A stretch of 64,000 nt of DNA. Source: Syntrophorhabdaceae bacterium. Its GTDB lineage: Bacteria > Desulfobacterota > Syntrophorhabdia > Syntrophorhabdales > Syntrophorhabdaceae. Shown one piece after another: positions 61,848-64,000 of the stretch. Made by a program: the position numbers and the translations under genes. Where the stretch lies: positions 800,001 to 864,000 of the forward strand of contig OY762209.1 in NCBI GenBank assembly GCA_963665295.1, read 5' to 3'. How positions within the stretch are numbered: position 1 is the stretch's first letter; every line of letters starts with the position of its first letter. Under the pieces are notes generated by a model. That model did no database searches. It had not been told where the DNA came from and saw only the letters and a program-made list of their open reading frames with translations.

Positions 61848-64000
61848 CTAATAGTACTGTCGGATGTATCCGTAGGCTTTGTCGAAAAGCTCCTGATCAG
61901 TATGGAGCTTATACCTAAGGAGGGTTAGCCTCAGCTCTTTTTGCACCAGCCGCTCTCCCTGGCTTGTATGCTGCCAATCGGGGAAGCGAACCTTTTTGAC
62001 TATGTCGTCGATGTCCGCGACGATGCGCTCGACGATAATGTGGGTATTCTTGCCCTTGGCCTCCTGAAAGAGTTCGGTCAAAGCCTCCTTTGCCCGATCC
62101 CGTTCTTCCTCGGGGTCGGTCTCACGCTCAGATTCCAGTACATCCTTGGCGACTTCGAGGATGGCCTTCAGGAATTCAAGGCTCGTGAGGAAACCCTGCT
62201 CATGCCGCTCTTTAATCTTCTCAAGCCTTTCTCCCAGGGCGGTAAATTTGGGGTTGCCAAGGTGCTTGCGCAGGCGCACAATAAGCTGAATCTCTATTTC
62301 ACGGGCCTTCTTTGCGGGTTCGGCGTCCTTCAGTATCTCTTCCAGCACCTGGGCATCCATTACAAGGGTCTCCACATCGTCACGGATGGACTCGACATGG
62401 ACGTTCTCGTTGATCAGCTCCACAGTCTTCGCTCCCAGTGCGTGCCAGAGAAGCTTGCCGTTGCCGCTTGGCGGTTTTACCGATTCATAGACTTGCGTGA
62501 GCCAGCGGTAATCTTTTTCATAGGGGCTCAGCACGGGGTCCGGAGAAAGGGCCTCCCAGATGGTTCCGATCACTATGTACCGGGCGGCGAACTTGTCGCG
62601 CGCCTCGTTGTTAGGCAGGCATTGCTGCGCAGCCATCAGGCCCTCGTAGCCACCCACGCTCCGGTCCACGCCCGGGAAGAAGGCAAGGCATCTCTGCATT
62701 TGCACGGGCAATGCCTTCCGCAACTCATCGATGTTCGACACCACCTGCTGCACGGCTTTCTCGTCGAAGTCGAGCGCCCGCGCCACGTCGTCAAAGATGC
62801 CGATATAGTCCACGATCAGGCCGTGGGTCTTCTCCTGACCGAAGGTCCGGTTGGTCCGGCAGATGGCCTGGAGAAGGTTATGGTCCTTCATGGGTTTGTC
62901 GAGATACATGACCTGCAGGATCGGGGCGTCAAATCCGGTGAGGAGCTTGCTCGTTACGATGACGAACCGGAGCGGGTCGGTAGGGTCGCGGAAGCGGTCG
63001 AGGAGCTTCTCTTCTGCGTCCTTGTCCCGGACGTGCTCCTTCCACCCGGATGGGTCTCCCTGAGCTGCGGTCATGACAATGGCGCTCGCTTCAGGACCGA
63101 CCAGTTCGTCCATCACGGCCTTGTAGAGCACGCAGCACTCCCGGTCGAGTACGACCACCTGAGCCTTGAACCCGCTCGGCTCCACCTTGGTCCGGAAGTG
63201 ATTGACCATGTGGCTCACCACCGCCCGGACTCGCTCGGGGTTCTTGACGAGGACCGCCATCTTTGCCGCCCGTTTGGCGAGGTCGTCCCTGTCCTGCTCG
63301 CTCAGGTTCCCCGTTATCTCCTTATAGGCCTCGTCGATGGCCGTCTTGTCTATCTTCAGCTTCACTTCCGGCGCCTCGAAGTGGAGCGGAAGGGTTGCCT
63401 TGTCACGGATGGAATCCTGGAAGGAGTAGCGGCTCATGTAGCCTTTCTCGTCTTCGTCCGCTCCGAAGGCCCAGTAAGTATTTCGGTCCGCACGGTTGAT
63501 GGGCGTACCGGTGAGGCCAAAGAGAAAGGCATTGGGCAATGCCTCCCGCATCTTGCGGCCGAGATCGCCCTCCTGGGTCCTGTGCGCCTCGTCAACCATT
63601 ACAATGATGTTCGAGCGTTCATTGAGCCTGCCGTCCGCCTCGCCGAACTTGTGAATGGTGGTGATGAGCACCTTCCGCACATCCTGCGCGAGGAGGGTTT
63701 GCAACTCCTGGCGGGTAGCGACACCCACCATGTTGGGCACATCCGAGGCATTGAATGTGGCGGTGATCTGCGTGTCGAGGTCGATGCGGTCCACCACGAT
63801 GATTACCGTAGGGTTTCCGAGCCTCGGGTGCATTCTCAGTTTTTGGGCGGCAAAGACCATGAGCAGAGACTTCCCGCTTCCCTGAAAGTGCCAGATAAGG
63901 CCCTTCTTCGGGTAGCCCTTCACCACCCGTTCAACGATCTGATTTGTGGTGAAATATTGCTGATATCGGCAGATGATCTTGATGCGCCGGTGTTTCTTAT
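61848..64000 (-). CDS. hsdR: Type I restriction enzyme R subunit (5' part outside the window)
   Basis: IWHFQGSGKS, VDRIDLD, DEAHR, TGTP, LLTGFDAP, QAICRTNR. Confidence 0.95.
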   Translation of the reverse strand, partial: KKHRRIKIICRYQQYFTTNQIVERVVKGYPKKGLIWHFQGSGKSLLMVFAAQKLRMHPRLGNPTVIIVVDRIDLDTQITATFNASDVPNMVGVATRQELQTLLAQDVRKVLITTIHKFGEADGRLNERSNIIVMVDEAHRTQEGDLGRKMREALPNAFLFGLTGTPINRADRNTYWAFGADEDEKGYMSRYSFQDSIRDKATLPLHFEAPEVKLKIDKTAIDEAYKEITGNLSEQDRDDLAKRAAKMAVLVKNPERVRAVVSHMVNHFRTKVEPSGFKAQVVVLDRECCVLYKAVMDELVGPEASAIVMTAAQGDPSGWKEHVRDKDAEEKLLDRFRDPTDPLRFVIVTSKLLTGFDAPILQVMYLDKPMKDHNLLQAICRTNRTFGQEKTHGLIVDYIGIFDDVARALDFDEKAVQQVVSNIDELRKALPVQMQRCLAFFPGVDRSVGGYEGLMAAQQCLPNNEARDKFAARYIVIGTIWEALSPDPVLSPYEKDYRWLTQVYESVKPPSGNGKLLWHALGAKTVELINENVHVESIRDDVETLVMDAQVLEEILKDAEPAKKAREIEIQLIVRLRKHLGNPKFTALGERLEKIKERHEQGFLTSLEFLKAILEVAKDVLESERETDPEEERDRAKEALTELFQEAKGKNTHIIVERIVADIDDIVKKVRFPDWQHTSQGERLVQKELRLTLLRYKLHTDQELFDKAYGYIRQYY

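Noticed and set aside
1..64000. CRISPR array or cas genes
   Set aside because: No repeat-spacer periodicity; the long repeats are IS copies or coding RCC1 units

Overview
Bacterial accessory or hotspot region, probably from an anaerobic Desulfobacterota/syntroph-like organism (inferred from the EtfAB-membrane FeS oxidoreductase, HdrA-like and sigma-54 genes). Bases 1-13021 look like the right end of a genomic island integrated at tmRNA: displaced ssrA-like 3' end plus terminator, alpA and a DUF932 gene. The island carries a BrxP-like PAPS-reductase gene coupled to a RAMA-like protein, and a two-gene unit I cannot assign to a described system: a membrane-anchored phosphoribosyltransferase plus a 1868-aa HD-phosphohydrolase/double-KaiC/cytoplasmic solute-binding-domain fusion. 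Next come a Fic gene, a metallophosphoesterase fused to a domain I recall from Omnitrophota giant proteins, and nested IS110/IS630/tandem IS66 elements. These are followed by an NHLP-leader azoline/azole RiPP cluster with an unusual HATPase-RRE-M50 protease, higBA, a sigma-54-driven mini-HdrA/EtfBA/FeS-oxidoreductase operon and a second toxin-antitoxin pair. Three Y1-HUH transposase elements with terminal inverted repeats are interspersed. Signalling and transport genes and a partial type I restriction hsdR end the window. No CRISPR array, rRNA or complete tRNA was seen. All family calls come from motif recognition, not database searches.
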